64,000 nucleotides of DNA. Source: the human T2T-CHM13v2.0 reference genome, Homo sapiens. Position 1 is the first letter of the stretch. Each line of letters starts with the position of its first letter. The notes under the pieces were generated by a model. The model did not search any database. It had not been told where the DNA came from and saw only the letters and a program-made list of their open reading frames with translations. The DNA lies in assembly GCF_009914755.1 (NCBI RefSeq), contig NC_060948.1; one strand, given 5' to 3'. The translations under genes were made by a program, and so were the position numbers. Of this stretch, positions 24,883-41,500 are shown in pieces.

Positions 24883-27800
24883 GGCCTGGAATAAAGTGGA
24901 ATGCTACGGTCTCGAATGGAATAAAAATGTATGGAATGGAATGCAATGAAACGGAATCGAATGTCATAGAATGTAATGGAATGCAACACAATGGAATCCA
25001 ATATCATTGACTGGAAAGGCTGGGTGTCGAAAGGAATTGACTCCAATGGAATGGAATCGAATGGAATGGAAGTGAATAGAATCGAACTAAATCGAATGGA
25101 ATGGAATTGATAGGAACGGAATGGAAAGGAATGCAATGATTTGGCATGGAATGGAATCGAATGGCATCGAATGGAATGGAATGGAATGCAATGGAATGGA
25201 ATGTATTAGAATGTAATGAACTTTAATGGAATGTACTCGAATGGATTCGACTGGAATGGAATGTTCTGGAAGTGAATGGACTCCAATGGAATGGATTCAA
25301 AAGGAATGGAATCGTACGGAATGGAATCTAATGGAATGGAATTAAATGGAAATGAATCAAATTGAATAGCACGGAATTGAATTGAATGGAATGGAATGCA
25401 ATGGAATCTAATGAAACGGAAAGGAAAGGAATGGAATGGAATGGAATGGGCTGGAATGGAAAGGAATCGAAACGAATGGAATGGAATCGAACTGAAGAGA
25501 CTGGAATGGAATGCACTGGAATGGAAGGGAGTGTAATGGAAGGTTCTCGAAAAAAATGGAATCGAATGGAATGGAATTGAATGGAACGGAATAGAGTCGA
25601 ATGGAATTGAATGGAATGGAATGGACTAGAGTGAAATGGAATCGAACCACAAGGAATGGACAGGAATAGAATGGTCTCGAATTGAATGGAATCGTATGGA
25701 ATGGCATCAAACGGAATGGAATGGACAGCCACGGAATGGAATGCACTCGAATGCAATGGAGTCGAAACTAATGGACTGGAATAGAATGGACTCGACTGGT
25801 ACGGACTCCAATGGAATGGAATCGAATGGAAGGGAATCGAACGGAAGGGAATCGAACGGAATGGACTCGAAGGGAAAAGACTGCAATAGAAAGGTCTCGA
25901 ATGGAATGGAAATTAATGGAATGGAATGGAATCGAATGAAATGGAGTCAAAAGGAATGGAATCGAATGGCAAGAAATCTAATGTAATGGAATCGCCAGGA
26001 ATTGATGTGAACGGAACGGAATGGAATGGAATCCAAAGGAATGGAATAGAATGGAATGGAATCGAATGGAAAGGACTCGAATGGAAATCACTCGAATAGA
26101 ATGCAATTTAATAAAATAGGATCAAATGTAATGGAATGGAATGGAAAGGAATCGAAACGAAAGGAATGGAGACAGATGGAATGGAATGGAACAGAGAGCA
26201 ATGGTATAGAATGGAATGGAATCATCTGGAATGGAATTGAATGGAATGGAATAATATGAAATGGAATGGAATGGAATGGAATGGAATGCCCTTGAATTAA
26301 ATGGACTGGAATGGAATGGACTCAAACAGAGTGGAATGGAAAGTGTGGAGATAGAATGGAATGAACTCCTTTGGAATGGTGTAGTATGCAATGCAATCGA
26401 CTGGCAGGGAATCAAAAGGAATGTAATCGAATGGATTGGACTGGAATGCAATGGACTCGAATAGATTGGAAACGGAATGCAAAGGAATGGAATGGAATAG
26501 TATGGAATGCAATGGAAGGGAATGGAGTGGAATAGACTAGAGTGGAATGGAATGGACTGGAAAGCAATGGACTGGAATGGAACTTTCTTGGATGGACTGG
26601 AACCAAACGGAATGGAATGCAATGCAATCAAATGGCATGGAATAAAATAGAATGAAAGAGAATCAAATGGAATTGAATCGAATGGAATCGAATGGATTGG
26701 AAAGGAATAGAATGGAATGGAATGGAATTGACTCAAATGGAATGGACTAGAATGGAATGGATTCGAATGGAAGGCAAAGGAATGGAATCTATTGGAATGG
26801 ACTGTAATGGAATGGAATGGAAGGGATTGGAATGGACTCGAATGGAATGGACTGCAATAGAAAGGATTCGAATGGAATGAAAAAGAATTGAATGGAATAG
26901 AACAGAATGGAATCAAATCGAATGAAATGGAATGGAATAGAAAGGAATGGAATGAAATGGAATGGAAAGGATTCGAATGGAATGCAATCGAATGGAATGG
27001 AATCGAACGGAATGGAATAAAATGGAAGAAAACTGGCAAGAAATGGAATCGAAATGAATGGAGTGTTATGGAACGGACTCAAAAGGAATTGAATGTAATA
27101 GAATGGAGTGGAGTGGACTCGAATATAATGGACTGGAATGGAATGAAATCACATGGAATGGGAACGAATGGAATGGAATGGAAAGGAATGGAATCGAATG
27201 GAAAGGAATCGAATGGAAGGGAATGAAATTGAATCAACAGGAATGGAAGGGAATAGAATAGACTGTAATGGAATGGACTCGAATAGAATGGACACGAATG
27301 CTCAAATTAAATGGACTCGAATGGAATGGAAACGAAAGGAATGTCATCGAATGGAATTGAATCGATTGGAATGAAATCGCATAGAATGGAGTGGAATCAA
27401 ATGGAATTGAATCGAAAGGAAAGGAAGCGAATGGACTGAAATGAAATGGAATGGAATTGAATGGAAAGTAATGCAATGGAATAGAATGGAACGAAATTTC
27501 ACGGAATGGAATCAAACTGAATGGAATCAAATCAATGGAATCAAATCAAATGGAATGGAAAGGAATTGAATGGAGTAGATGGGATTGGATGGGATTGGAA
27601 TGAAATGTACTGGAAAGGACTCGAATTTCATGAAACGGAATGGAATGAATTGGAACGGAATGGACTCGAATGGAATGGAATGTCATGGGATGGCATCAAA
27701 CGGAATGGCATCAAATGGAATGGAATCGAATGCAATGGAATGCTATGGAATGGAATGGAATGCATTGGAATGGAATGTCCTCTAATGGAATGGATTCGAG

Positions 27801-28426
27801 TGGAATGGAATTGAATATAATGGAGTCGAATGAAATGGAATTGAAAGGAATGGGATCGAATACAATGGAATATACTGGAATGTAACGTAATGAACTCGAA
27901 TGTAATTGACTGGAATGGAATGTACATGAATGGAATGTAATCGAATGGAAAGTAATCCAATGGAATAGAATCTAATGCAATAAAATCGACTCAGATAGAG
28001 TAGAATGTAATGGAATGGAGTGCAGTGCAATGGAATGGAATGGAATGGAATGCAATGGAATGGAATGGAATGGAATGGGATGGAATGGTATGGAATGGAT
28101 AGTAATGGACTGGAGTGAAATGGACTGGAAAGGAATGGACTCAAATTGAAAGGGCACGAAAGGAATGGAGTCAAATGGAATGGTCTGGAATGGAATGAAC
28201 ACGAATGTAATGCAACCCAATAGAATGGAATCGAATGGCATGGAATATAAAGAAATGGAATCGAAGAGAATGGAAACAAATGGAATGGAATTGAATGGAA
28301 TGGGAACGAATGGAGTGAAATTGTATGCAGTAGAAGTGAATAGAATGGAATGCAAGCGAAAGGAAAGGAATGGATTGGAATGGAATGGAATTCATTGGAA
28401 TGGAAGGGAATGTAGTGTAATGGACA
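24883..28426. repeat. DYZ1 monomer 8 (3544 bp, B2)
   Basis: HaeIII interval; GGAACCAAAC at ~26599. Confidence 0.9.
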
Positions 28427-31400
28427 GGCCTGGAATAAAGTGGAATGCTACGGTCTCGAATGGAATAAAAATGTATGGAATGGAATGCAATGAAACGGAA
28501 TCGAATGTCATAGAATGTAATGGAATGCAAAAAAATGGAATCCAAAATCATTGACTGGAAAGGCTGGGTGTCGAAAGGAATTGACTCCAATGGAATGGAA
28601 TCGAATGGAATGGAAGTGAATAGAATCGAACTAAATCGAATGGAATGGAATTGATAGGAACGGAATGGAAAGGAATGCAATGATTTGGCATGGAATGGAA
28701 TCGAATGGCATCGAATGGAATGGAATGGAATGCAATGGAATGGAATGTATTAGAATGTAATGAACTTTAATGGAATGTACTCGAATGGATTCGACTGGAA
28801 TGGAATGTTCTGGAAGTGAATGGACTCCAATGGAATGGATTCAAAAGGAATGGAATCGTACGGAATGGAATCTAATGGAATGGAATTAAATGGAAATGAA
28901 TCAAATTGAATAGCACGGAATTGAATTGAATGGAATGGAATGCAATGGAATCTAATGAAACGGAAAGGAAAGGAATGGAATGGAATGGAATGGGCTGGAA
29001 TGGAAAGGAATCGAAACGAATGGAATGGAATCGAACTGAAGAGACTGGAATGGAATGCACTGGAATGGAAGGGAGTGTAATGGAAGGTTGTCGAAAAAAA
29101 TGGAATCGAATGGAATGGAATTGAATGGAACGGAATAGAGTCGAATAGAATTGAATGGAATGGAATGGACTAGAGTGAAATGGAATCGAACCACAAGGAA
29201 TGGACAGGAATAGAATGGTCTCGAATTGAATGGAATCGTATGGAATGGCATCAAACGGAATGGAATGGACAGCCACGGAATGGAATGCACTCGAATGCAA
29301 TGGAGTCGAAACAAATGGACTGGAATAGAATGGACTCGACTGGTACGGACTCCAATGGAATGGAATCGAATGGAAGGGAATCGAACGGAAGGGAATCGAA
29401 CGGAATGGACTCGAAGGGAAAAGACTGCAATGGAAAGGTCTCGAATGGAATGGAAATTAATGGAATGGAATGGAATCGAATGAAATGGAGTCAAAAGGAA
29501 TGGAATCGAATGGCAAGAAATCTAATGTAATGGAATCGCCAGGAATTGATGCGAACGGAACGGAATGGAATGGAATCCAAAGGAATGGAATAGAATGGAA
29601 TGGAATCGAATGGAAAGGACTCCAATGGAAATCACTCGAATAGAATGCAATTTAATAAAATAGGATCAAATGTAATGGAATGGAATGGAAAGGAATCGAA
29701 ACGAAAGGAATGGAGACAGATGGAATGGAATGGAACAGAGAGCAATGGTATAGAATGGAATGGAATCATCTGGAATGGAATTGAATGGAATGGAATAATA
29801 TGAAATGGAATGGAATGGAATGGAGTGGAATGCCCTTGAATTAAATGGACTGGAATGGAATGGACTCAAACAGAGTGGAATGGAAAGTGTGGAGATAGAA
29901 TGGAATGAACTCCTTTGGAATGGTGTAGTATGCAATGCAATCGACTGGCAGGGAATCAAAAGAAATGTAATCGAATGGATTGGACTGGAATGCAATGGAC
30001 TCGAATAGATTGGAAACGGAATGCAAAGGAATGGAATGGAATAGTATGGAATGCAATGGAAGGGAATGGAGTGGAATAGACTAGAGTGGAATGGAATGGA
30101 CTGGAAAGCAATGGACTGGAATGGAACTTTCTTGGATGGACTGGAATCAAACGGAATGGAATGCAATGCAATCAAATGGCATGGAATAAAATAGAATGAA
30201 AGAGAATCAAATGGAATTGAATCGAATGGAATCGAATGGATTGGAAATGAATAGAATGGAATGGAATGGAATTGACTCAAATGGAATGGACTAGAATGGA
30301 ATGGATTCGAATGGAAGGCAAAGGAATGGAATCTATTGGAATGGACTGTAATGGAATGGAATGGAAGGGATTGGAATGGACTCGAATGGAATGGACTGCA
30401 ATAGAAAGGATTCGAATGGAATGAAAAAGAATTGAATGGAATAGAACAGAATGGAATCAAATCGAATGAAATGGAATGGAATAGAAAGGAATGGAATGAA
30501 ATGGAATGGAAAGGATTCGAATGGAATGCAATCGAATGGAATGGAATCGAACGGAATGGAATAAAATGGAAGAAAACTGGCAAGAAATGGAATCGAAATG
30601 AATGGAGTGTTATGGAACGGACTCAAACGGAATTGAATGTAATAGAATGGAGTGGAGTGGACTCGAATATAATGGACTGGAATGGAATGAAATCACATGG
30701 AATGGGAACGAATGGAATGGAATGGAAAGGAATGGAATCGAATGGAAAGGAATCGAATGGAAGGGAATGAAATTGAATCAACAGGAATGGAAGGGAATAG
30801 AATAGACTGTAATGGAATGGACTCGAATAGAATGGACACGAATGCTCAAATTAAATGGACTCGAATGGAATGGAAACGAAAGGAATGTCATCGAATGGAA
30901 TTGAATCGATTGGAATGAAATCGCATAGAATGGAGTGGAATCAAATGGAATTGAATCGAAAGGAAAGGAAGCGAATGCACTGAAATGAAATGGAATGGAA
31001 TTGTATGGAAAGTAATGCAATGGAATAGAATGGAACGAAATTTCACGGAATGGAATCAAACTGAATGGAATCAAATCAATGGAATCAAATCAAATGGAAT
31101 GGAAAGGAATTGAATGGAGTAGATGGGATTGGATGGGATTGGAATGAAATGTACTGGAAAGGACTCGAATTTCATGAAACGGAATGGAATGAATTGGAAC
31201 GGAATGGACTCGAATGGAATGGAATGTCATGGGATGGCATCAAATGGAATGGCATCAAATGGAATGGAATCGAATGCAATGGAATGCTGTGGAATGGAAT
31301 GGAATGCATTGGAATGGAATGTCCTCTAATGGAATGGATTCGAGTGGAATGGAATTGAATATAATGGAGTCGAATGAAATGGAATTGAAAGGAATGGGAT

Positions 31401-34400
31401 CGAATACAATGGAATATACTGGAATGTAACGTAATGAACTCGAATGTAATTGACTGGAATGGAATGTACATGAATGGAATGTAATCGAATGGAAAGTAAT
31501 CCAATGGAATAGAATCTAATGCAATAAAATCGACTCAGATAGAGTAGAATGTAATGGAATGGAGTGCAGTGCAATGGAATGGAATGGAATGGAATGCAAT
31601 GGAATGGAATGGAATGGAATGGAATGGAATGGAATGGAATGGGATGGAATGGTATGGAATGGATAGTAATAGACTGGAGTGAAATGGACTGGAAAGGAAT
31701 GGACTCAAATTGAAAGGGCTCGAAAGGAATGGAGTCAAATGGAATGGTCTGGAATGGAATGAACACGAATGTAATGCAACCCAATAGAATGGAATCGAAT
31801 GGCATGGAATATAAAGAAATGGAATCGAAGAGAATGGAAACAAATGGAATGGAATTGAATGGAATGGAATTGAATGGAATGGGAACGAATGGAGTGAAAT
31901 TGTATGCAGTAGAAGAGAATAGAATGGAATGCAAGCGAAAGGAAAGGAATGGATTGGAATGGAATGGAATTCATTGGAATGGAAGGGAATGTAGTGTAAT
32001 GGACAGGCCTGGAATAAAGTGGAATGCTACGGTCTCGAATGGAATAAAAATGTATGGAATGGAATGCAATGAAACGGAATCGAATGTCATAGAATGTAAT
32101 GGAATGCAAAAAAATGGAATCCAAAATCATTGACTGGAAAGGCTGGGTGTCGAAAGGAATTGACTCCAATGGAATGGAATCGAATGGAATGGAAGTGAAT
32201 AGAATCGAACTAAATCGAATGGAATGGAATTGATAGGAACGGAATGGAAAGGAATGCAATGATTTGGCATGGAATGGAATCGAATGGCATCGAATGGAAT
32301 GGAATGGAATGCAATGGAATGGAATGTATTAGAATGGAATGAACTTTAATGGAATGTACTCGAATGGATTCGACTGGAATGGAATGTTCTGGAAGTGAAT
32401 GGACTCCAATGGAATGGATTCAAAAGGAATGGAATCGTACGGAATGGAATCTAATGGAATGGAATTAAATGGAAATGAATCAAATTGAATAGCACGGAAT
32501 TGAATTGAATGGAATGGAATGCAATGGAATCTAATGAAACGGAAAGGAAAGGAATGGAATGGAATGGAATGGGCTGGAATGGAAAGGAATCGAAACGAAT
32601 GGAATGGAATCGAACTGAAGAGACTGGAATGGAATGCACTGGAATGGAAGGGAGTGTAATGGAAGGTTGTCGAAAAAAATGGAATCGAATGGAATGGAAT
32701 TGAATGGAACGGAATAGAGTCGAATGGAATTGAATGGAATGGAATGGACTAGAGTGAAATGGAATCGAACCACAAGGAATGGACAGGAATAGAATGGTCT
32801 CGAATTGAATGGAATCGTATGGAATGGCATCAAACGGAATGGAATGGACAGCCACGGAATGGAATGCACTCGAATGCAATGGAGTCGAAACAAATGGACT
32901 GGAATAGAATGGACTCGACTGGTACGGACTCCAATGGAATGGAATCGAATGGAAGGGAATCGAACGGAAGGGAATCGAACGGAATGGACTCGAAGGGAAA
33001 AGACTGCAATGGAAAGGTCTCGAATGGAATGGAAATTAATGGAATGGAATGGAATCGAATGAAATGGAGTCAAAAGGAATGGAATCGAATGGCAAGAAAT
33101 CTAATGTAATGCAATCGCCAGGAATTGATGCGAACGGAACGGAATGGAATGGAATCCAAAGGAATGGAATAGAATGGAATGGAATCGAATGGAAAGGACT
33201 CCAATGGAAATCACTCGAATAGAATGCAATTTAATAAAATAGGATCAAATGTAATGGAATGGAATGGAAAGGAATCGAAACGAAAGGAATGGAGACAGAT
33301 GGAATGGAATGGAACAGAGAGCAATGGTATAGAATGGAATGGAATCATCTGGAATGGAATTGAATGGAATGGAATAATATGAAATGGAATGGAATGGAAT
33401 GGAGTGGAATGCCCTTGAATTAAATGGACTGGAATGGAATGGACTCAAACAGAGTGGAATGGAAAGTGTGGAGATAGAATGGAATGAACTCCTTTGGAAT
33501 GGTGTAGTATGCAATGCAATCGACTGGCAGGGAATCAAAAGAAATGTAATCGAATGGATTGGACTGGAATGCAATGGACTCGAATAGATTGGAAACGGAA
33601 TGCAAAGGAATGGAATGGAATAGTATGGAATGCAATGGAAGGGAATGGAGTGGAATAGACTAGAGTGGAATGGAATGGACTGGAAAGCAATGGACTGGAA
33701 TGGAACTTTCTTGGATGGACTGGAATCAAACGGAATGGAATGCAATGCAATCAAATGGCATGGAATAAAATAGAATGAAAGAGAATCAAATGGAATTGAA
33801 TCGAATGGAATCGAATGGATTGGAAATGAATAGAATGGAATGGAATGGAATTGACTCAAATGGAATGGACTAGAATGGAATGGATTCGAATGGAAGGCAA
33901 AGGAATGGAATCTATTGGAATGGACTGTAATGGAATGGAATGGAAGGGATTGGAATGGACTCGAATGGAATGGACTGCAATAGAAAGGATTCGAATGGAA
34001 TGAAAAAGAATTGAATGGAATAGAACAGAATGGAATCAAATCGAATGAAATGGAATGGAATAGAAAGGAATGGAATGAAATGGAATGGAAAGGATTCGAA
34101 TGGAATGCAATCGAATGGAATGGAATCGAACGGAATGGAATAAAATGGAAGAAAACTGGCAAGAAATGGAATCGAAATGAATGGAGTGTTATGGAACGGA
34201 CTCAAACGGAATTGAATGTAATAGAATGGAGTGGAGTGGACTCGAATATAATGGACTGGAATGGAATGAAATCACATGGAATGGGAACGAATGGAATGGA
34301 ATGGAAAGGAATGGAATCGAATGGAAAGGAATCGAATGGAAGGGAATGAAATTGAATCAACAGGAATGGAAGGGAATAGAATAGACTGTAATGGAATGGA

Positions 34401-35584
34401 CTCGAATAGAATGGACACGAATGCTCAAATTAAATGGACTCGAATGGAATGGAAACGAAAGGAATGTCATCGAATGGAATTGAATCGATTGGAATGAAAT
34501 CGCATAGAATGGAGTGGAATCAAATGGAATTGAATCGAAAGGAAAGGAAGCGAATGGACTGAAATGAAATGGAATGGAATTGTATGGAAAGTAATGCAAT
34601 GGAATAGAATGGAACGAAATTTCACGGAATGGAATCAAACTGAATGGAATCAAATCAATGGAATCAAATCAAATGGAATGGAAAGGAATTGAATGGAGTA
34701 GATGGGATTGGATGGGATTGGAATGAAATGTACTGGAAAGGACTCGAATTTCATGAAACGGAATGGAATGAATTGGAACGGAATGGACTCGAATGGAATG
34801 GAATGTCATGGGATGGCATCAAATGGAATGGCATCAAATGGAATGGAATCGAATGCAATGGAATGCTGTGGAATGGAATGGAATGCATTGGAATGGAATG
34901 TCCTCTAATGGAATGGATTCGAGTGGAATGGAATTGAATATAATGGAGTCGAATGAAATGGAATTGAAAGGAATGGGATCGAATACAATGGAATATACTG
35001 GAATGTAACGTAATGAACTCGAATGTAATTGACTGGAATGGAATGTACATGAATGGAATGTAATCGAATGGAAAGTAATCCAATGGAATAGAATCTAATG
35101 CAATAAAATCGACTCAGATAGAGTAGAATGTAATGGAATGGAGTGCAGTGCAATGGAATGGAATGGAATGGAATGCAATGGAATGGAATGGAATGGAATG
35201 GAATGGAATGGAATGGAATGGGATGGAATGGTATGGAATGGATAGTAATAGACTGGAGTGAAATGGACTGGAAAGGAATGGACTCAAATTGAAAGGGCTC
35301 GAAAGGAATGGAGTCAAATGGAATGGTCTGGAATGGAATGAACACGAATGTAATGCAACCCAATAGAATGGAATCGAATGGCATGGAATATAAAGAAATG
35401 GAATCGAAGAGAATGGAAACAAATGGAATGGAATTGAATGGAATGGAATTGAATGGAATGGGAACGAATGGAGTGAAATTGTATGCAGTAGAAGAGAATA
35501 GAATGGAATGCAAGCGAAAGGAAAGGAATGGATTGGAATGGAATGGAATTCATTGGAATGGAAGGGAATGTAGTGTAATGGACA
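28427..35584. repeat. DYZ1 monomers 9 and 10 (2 x 3579 bp, B1 pair)
   Basis: GGCC at 28427, 32006, 35585; shared GATGCGAAC variant. Confidence 0.9.
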
Positions 35585-38500
35585 GGCCTGGAATAAAGTG
35601 GAATGCTACGGTCTCGAATGGAATAAAAATGTATGGAATGGAATGCAATGAAACGGAATCGAATGTCATAGAATGTAATGGAATGCAAAAAAATGGAATC
35701 CAAAATCATTGACTGGAAAGGCTGGGTGTCGAAAGGAATTGACTCCAATGGAATGGAATCGAATGGAATGGAAGTGAATAGAATCGAACTAAATCGAATG
35801 GAATGGAATTGATAGGAACGGAATGGAAAGGAATGCAATGATTTGGCATGGAATGGAATCGAATGGCATCGAATGGAATGGAATGGAATGCAATGGAATG
35901 GAATGTATTAGAATGTAATGAACTTTAATGGAATGTACTCGAATGGATTCGACTGGAATGGAATGTTCTGGAAGTGAATGGACTCCAATGGAATGGATTC
36001 AAAAGGAATGGAATCGTACGGAATGGAATCTAATGGAATGGAATTAAATGGAAATGAATCAAATTGAATAGCACGGAATTGAATTGAATGGAATGGAATG
36101 CAATGGAATCTAATGAAACGGAAAGGAAAGGAATGGAATGGAATGGAATGGGCTGGAATGGAAAGGAATCGAAACGAATGGAATGGAATCGAACTGAAGA
36201 GACTGGAATGGAATGCACTGGAATGGAAGGGAGTGTAATGGAAGGTTCTCGAAAAAAATGGAATCGAATGGAATGGAATTGAATGGAACGGAATAGAGTC
36301 GAATGGAATTGAATGGAATGGAATGGACTAGAGTGAAATGGAATCGAACCACAAGGAATGGACAGGAATAGAATGGTCTCGAATTGAATGGAATCGTATG
36401 GAATGGCATCAAACGGAATGGAATGGACAGCCACGGAATGGAATGCACTCGAATGCAATGGAGTCGAAACAAATGGACTGGAATAGAATGGACTCGACTG
36501 GTACGGACTCCAATGGAATGGAATCGAATGGAAGGGAATCGAACGGAAGGGAATCGAACGGAATGGACTCGAAGGGAAAAGACTGCAATGGAAAGGTCTC
36601 GAATGGAATGGAAATTAATGGAATGGAATGGAATCGAATGAAATGGAGTCAAAAGGAATGGAATCGAATGGCAAGAAATCGAATGTAATGGAATCGCCAG
36701 GAATTGATGTGAACGGAACGGAATGGAATCGAATCCAAAGGAATGGAATAGAATGGAATGGAATCGAATGGAAAGGACTCCAATGGAAATCACTCGAATA
36801 GAATGCAATTTAATAAAATAGGATCAAATGTAATGGAATGGAATGGAAAGGAATCGAAACGAAAGGAATGGAGACAGATGGAATGGAATGGAACAGAGAG
36901 CAATGGTATAGAATGGAATGGAATCATCTGGAATGGAATTGAATGGAATGGAATAATATGAAATGGAATGGAATGGAATGGAATGGAATGCCCTTGAATT
37001 AAATGGACTGGAATGGAATGGACTCAAACAGAGTGGAATGGAAAGTGTGGAGATAGAATGGAATGAACTCCTTTGGAATGGTGTAGTATGCAATGCAATC
37101 GACTGGCAGGGAATCAAAAGGAATGTAATCGAATGGATTGGACTGGAATGCAATGGACTCGAATAGATTGGAAACGGAATGCAAAGGAATGGAATGGAAT
37201 AGTATGGAATGCAATGGAAGGGAATGGAGTGGAATAGACTAGAGTGGAATGGAATGGACTGGAAAGCAATGGACTGGAATGGAACTTTCTTGGATGGACT
37301 GGAACCAAACGGAATGGAATGCAATGCAATCAAATGGCATGGAATAAAATAGAATGAAAGAGAATCAAATGGAATTGAATCGAATGGAATCGAATGGATT
37401 GTAAAGGAATAGAATGGAATGGAATGGAATTGACTCAAATGGAATGGACTAGAATGGAATGGATTCGAATGGAACGCAAAGGAATGGAATCTATTGGAAT
37501 GGACTGTAATGGAATGGAATGGAAGGGATTGGAATGGACTCGAATGGAATGGACTGCAATAGAAAGGATTCGAATGGAATGAAAAAGAATTGAATGGAAT
37601 AGAACAGAATGGAATCAAATCGAATGAAATGGAATGGAATAGAAAGGAATGGAATGAAATGGAATGGAAAGGATTCGAATGGAATGCAATCGAATGGAAT
37701 GGAATCGAACGGAATGGAATAAAATGGAAGAAAACTGGCAAGAAATGGAATCGAAATGAATGGAGTGTTATGGAACGGACTCAAAAGGAATTGAATGTAA
37801 TAGAATGGAGTGGAGTGGACTCGAATATAATGGACTGGAATGGAATGAAATCACATGGAATGGGAACGAATGGAATGGAATGGAAAGGAATGGAATCGAA
37901 TGGAAAGGAATCGAATGGAAGGGAATGAAATTGAATCAACAGGAATGGAAGGGAATAGAATAGACTGTAATGGAATGGACTCGAATAGAATGGACACGAA
38001 TGCTCAAATTAAATGGACTCGAATGGAATGGAAACGAAAGGAATGTCATCGAATGGAATTGAATCGATTGGAATGAAATCGCATAGAATGGAGTGGAATC
38101 AAATGGAATTGAATCGAAAGGAAAGGAAGCGAATGGACTGAAATGAAATGGAATGGAATTGAATGGAAAGTAATGCAATGGAATAGAATGGAACGAAATT
38201 TCACGGAATGGAATCAAACTGAATGGAATCAAATCAATGGAATCAAATCAAATGGAATGGAAAGGAATTGAATGGAGTAGATGGGATTGGATGGGATTGG
38301 AATGAAATGTACTGGAAAGGACTCGAATTTCATGAAACGGAATGGAATGAATTGGAACGGAATGGACTCGAATGGAATGGAATGTCATGGGATTGCATCA
38401 AATGGAATGGCATCAAATGGAATGGAATCGAATGCAATGGAATGCTATGGAATGGAATGGAATGCATTGGAATGGAATGTCCTCTAATGGAATGGATTCG

Positions 38501-41500
38501 AGTGGAATGGAATTGAATATAATGGAGTCGAATGAAATGGAATTGAAAGGAATGGGATCGAATACAATGGAATATACTGGAATGTAACGTAATGAACTCG
38601 AATGTAATTGACTGGAATGGAATGTACATGAATGGAATGTAATCGAATGGAAAGTAATCCAATGGAATAGAATCTAATGCAATAAAATCGACTCAGATAG
38701 AGTAGAATGTAATGGAATGGAGTGCAGTGCAATGGAATGGAATGGAATGGAATGCAATGGAATGGAATGGAATGGAATGGAATGGAATGGAATGGAATGG
38801 AATGGGATGGAATGGTATGGAATGGATAGTAATGGACTGGAGTGAAATGGACTGGAAAGGAATGGACTCAAATTGAAAGGGCTCGAAAGGAATGGAGTCA
38901 AATGGAATGGTCTGGAATGGAATGAACACGAATGTAATGCAACCCAATAGAATGGAATCGAATGGCATGGAATATAAAGAAATGGAATCGAAGAGAATGG
39001 AAACAAATGGAATGGAATTGAATGGAATGGAATTGAATGGAATGGGAACGAATGGAGTGAAATTGTATGCAGTAGAAGAGAATAGAATGGAATGCAAGCG
39101 AAAGGAAAGGAATGGATTGGAATGGAATGGAATTCATTGGAATGGAAGGGAATGTAGTGTAATGGACAGGCCTGGAATAAAGTGGAATGCTACGGTCTCG
39201 AATGGAATAAAAATGTATGGAATGGAATGCAATGAAACGGAATCGAATGTCATAGAATGTAATGGAATGCAAAAAAATGGAATCCAAAATCATTGACTGG
39301 AAAGGCTGGGTGTCGAAAGGAATTGACTCCAATGGAATGGAATCGAATGGAATGGAAGTGAATAGAATCGAACTAAATCGAATGGAATGGAATTGATAGG
39401 AACGGAATGGAAAGGAATGCAATGATTTGGCATGGAATGGAATCGAATGGCATCGAATGGAATGGAATGGAATGCAATGGAATGGAATGTATTAGAATGG
39501 AATGAACTTTAATGGAATGTACTCGAATGGATTCGACTGGAATGGAATGTTCTGGAAGTGAATGGACTCCAATGGAATGGATTCAAAAGGAATGGAATCG
39601 TACGGAATGGAATCTAATGGAATGGAATTAAATGGAAATGAATCAAATTGAATAGCACGGAATTGAATTGAATGGAATGGAATGCAATGGAATCTAATGA
39701 AACGGAAAGGAAAGGAATGGAATGGAATGGAATGGGCTGGAATGGAAAGGAATCGAAACGAATGGAATGGAATCGAACTGAAGAGACTGGAATGGAATGC
39801 ACTGGAATGGAAGGGAGTGTAATGGAAGGTTCTCGAAAAAAATGGAATCGAATGGAATGGAATTGAATGGAACGGAATAGAGTCGAATGGAATTGAATGG
39901 AATGGAATGGACTAGAGTGAAATGGAATCGAACCACAAGGAATGGACAGGAATAGAATGGTCTCGAATTGAATGGAATCGTATGGAATGGCATCAAACGG
40001 AATGGAATGGACAGCCACGGAATGGAATGCACTCGAATGCAATGGAGTCGAAACAAATGGACTGGAATAGAATGGACTCGACTGGTACGGACTCCAATGG
40101 AATGGAATCGAATGGAAGGGAATCGAACGGAAGGGAATCGAACGGAATGGACTCGAAGGGAAAAGACTGCAATGGAAAGGTCTCGAATGGAATGGAAATT
40201 AATGGAATGGAATGGAATCGAATGAAATGGAGTCAAAAGGAATGGAATCGAATGGCAAGAAATCGAATGTAATGGAATCGCCAGGAATTGATGTGAACGG
40301 AACGGAATGGAATGGAATCCAAAGGAATGGAATAGAATGGAATGGAATCGAATGGAAAGGACTCGAATGGAAATCACTCGAATAGAATGCAATTTAATAA
40401 AATAGGATCAAATGTAATGGAATGGAATGGAAAGGAATCGAAACGAAAGGAATGGAGACAGATGGAATGGAATGGAACAGAGAGCAATGGTATAGAATGG
40501 AATGGAATCATCTGGAATGGAATTGAATGGAATGGAATAATATGAAATGGAATGGAATGGAATGGAATGGAATGCCCTTGAATTAAATGGACTGGAATGG
40601 AATGGACTCAAACAGAGTGGAATGGAAAGTGTGGAGATAGAATGGAATGAACTCCTTTGGAATGGTGTAGTATGCAATGCAATCGACTGGCAGGGAATCA
40701 AAAGGAATGTAATCGAATGGATTGGACTGGAATGCAATGGACTCGAATAGATTGGAAACGGAATGCAAAGGAATGGAATGGAATAGTATGGAATGCAATG
40801 GAAGGGAATGGAGTGGAATAGACTAGAGTGGAATGGAATGGACTGGAAAGCAATGGACTGGAATGGAACTTTCTTGGATGGACTGGAACCAAACGGAATG
40901 GAATGCAATGCAATCAAATGGCATGGAATAAAATAGAATGAAAGAGAATCAAATGGAATTGAATCGAATGGAATCGAATGGATTGGAAAGGAATAGAATG
41001 GAATGGAATGGAATTGACTCAAATGGAATGGACTAGAATGGAATGGATTCGAATGGAAGGCAAAGGAATGGAATCTATTGGAATGGACTGTAATGGAATG
41101 GAATGGAAGGGATTGGAATGGACTCGAATGGAATGGACTGCAATAGAAAGGATTCGAATGGAATGAAAAAGAATTGAATGGAATAGAACAGAATGGAATC
41201 AAATCGAATGAAATGGAATGGAATAGAAAGGAATGGAATGAAATGGAATGGAAAGGATTCGAATGGAATGCAATCGAATGGAATGGAATCGAACGGAATG
41301 GAATAAAATGGAAGAAAACTGGCAAGAAATGGAATCGAAATGAATGGAGTGTTATGGAACGGACTCAAAAGGAATTGAATGTAATAGAATGGAGTGGAGT
41401 GGACTCGAATATAATGGACTGGAATGGAATGAAATCACATGGAATGGGAACGAATGGAATGGAATGGAAAGGAATGGAATCGAATGGAAAGGAATCGAAT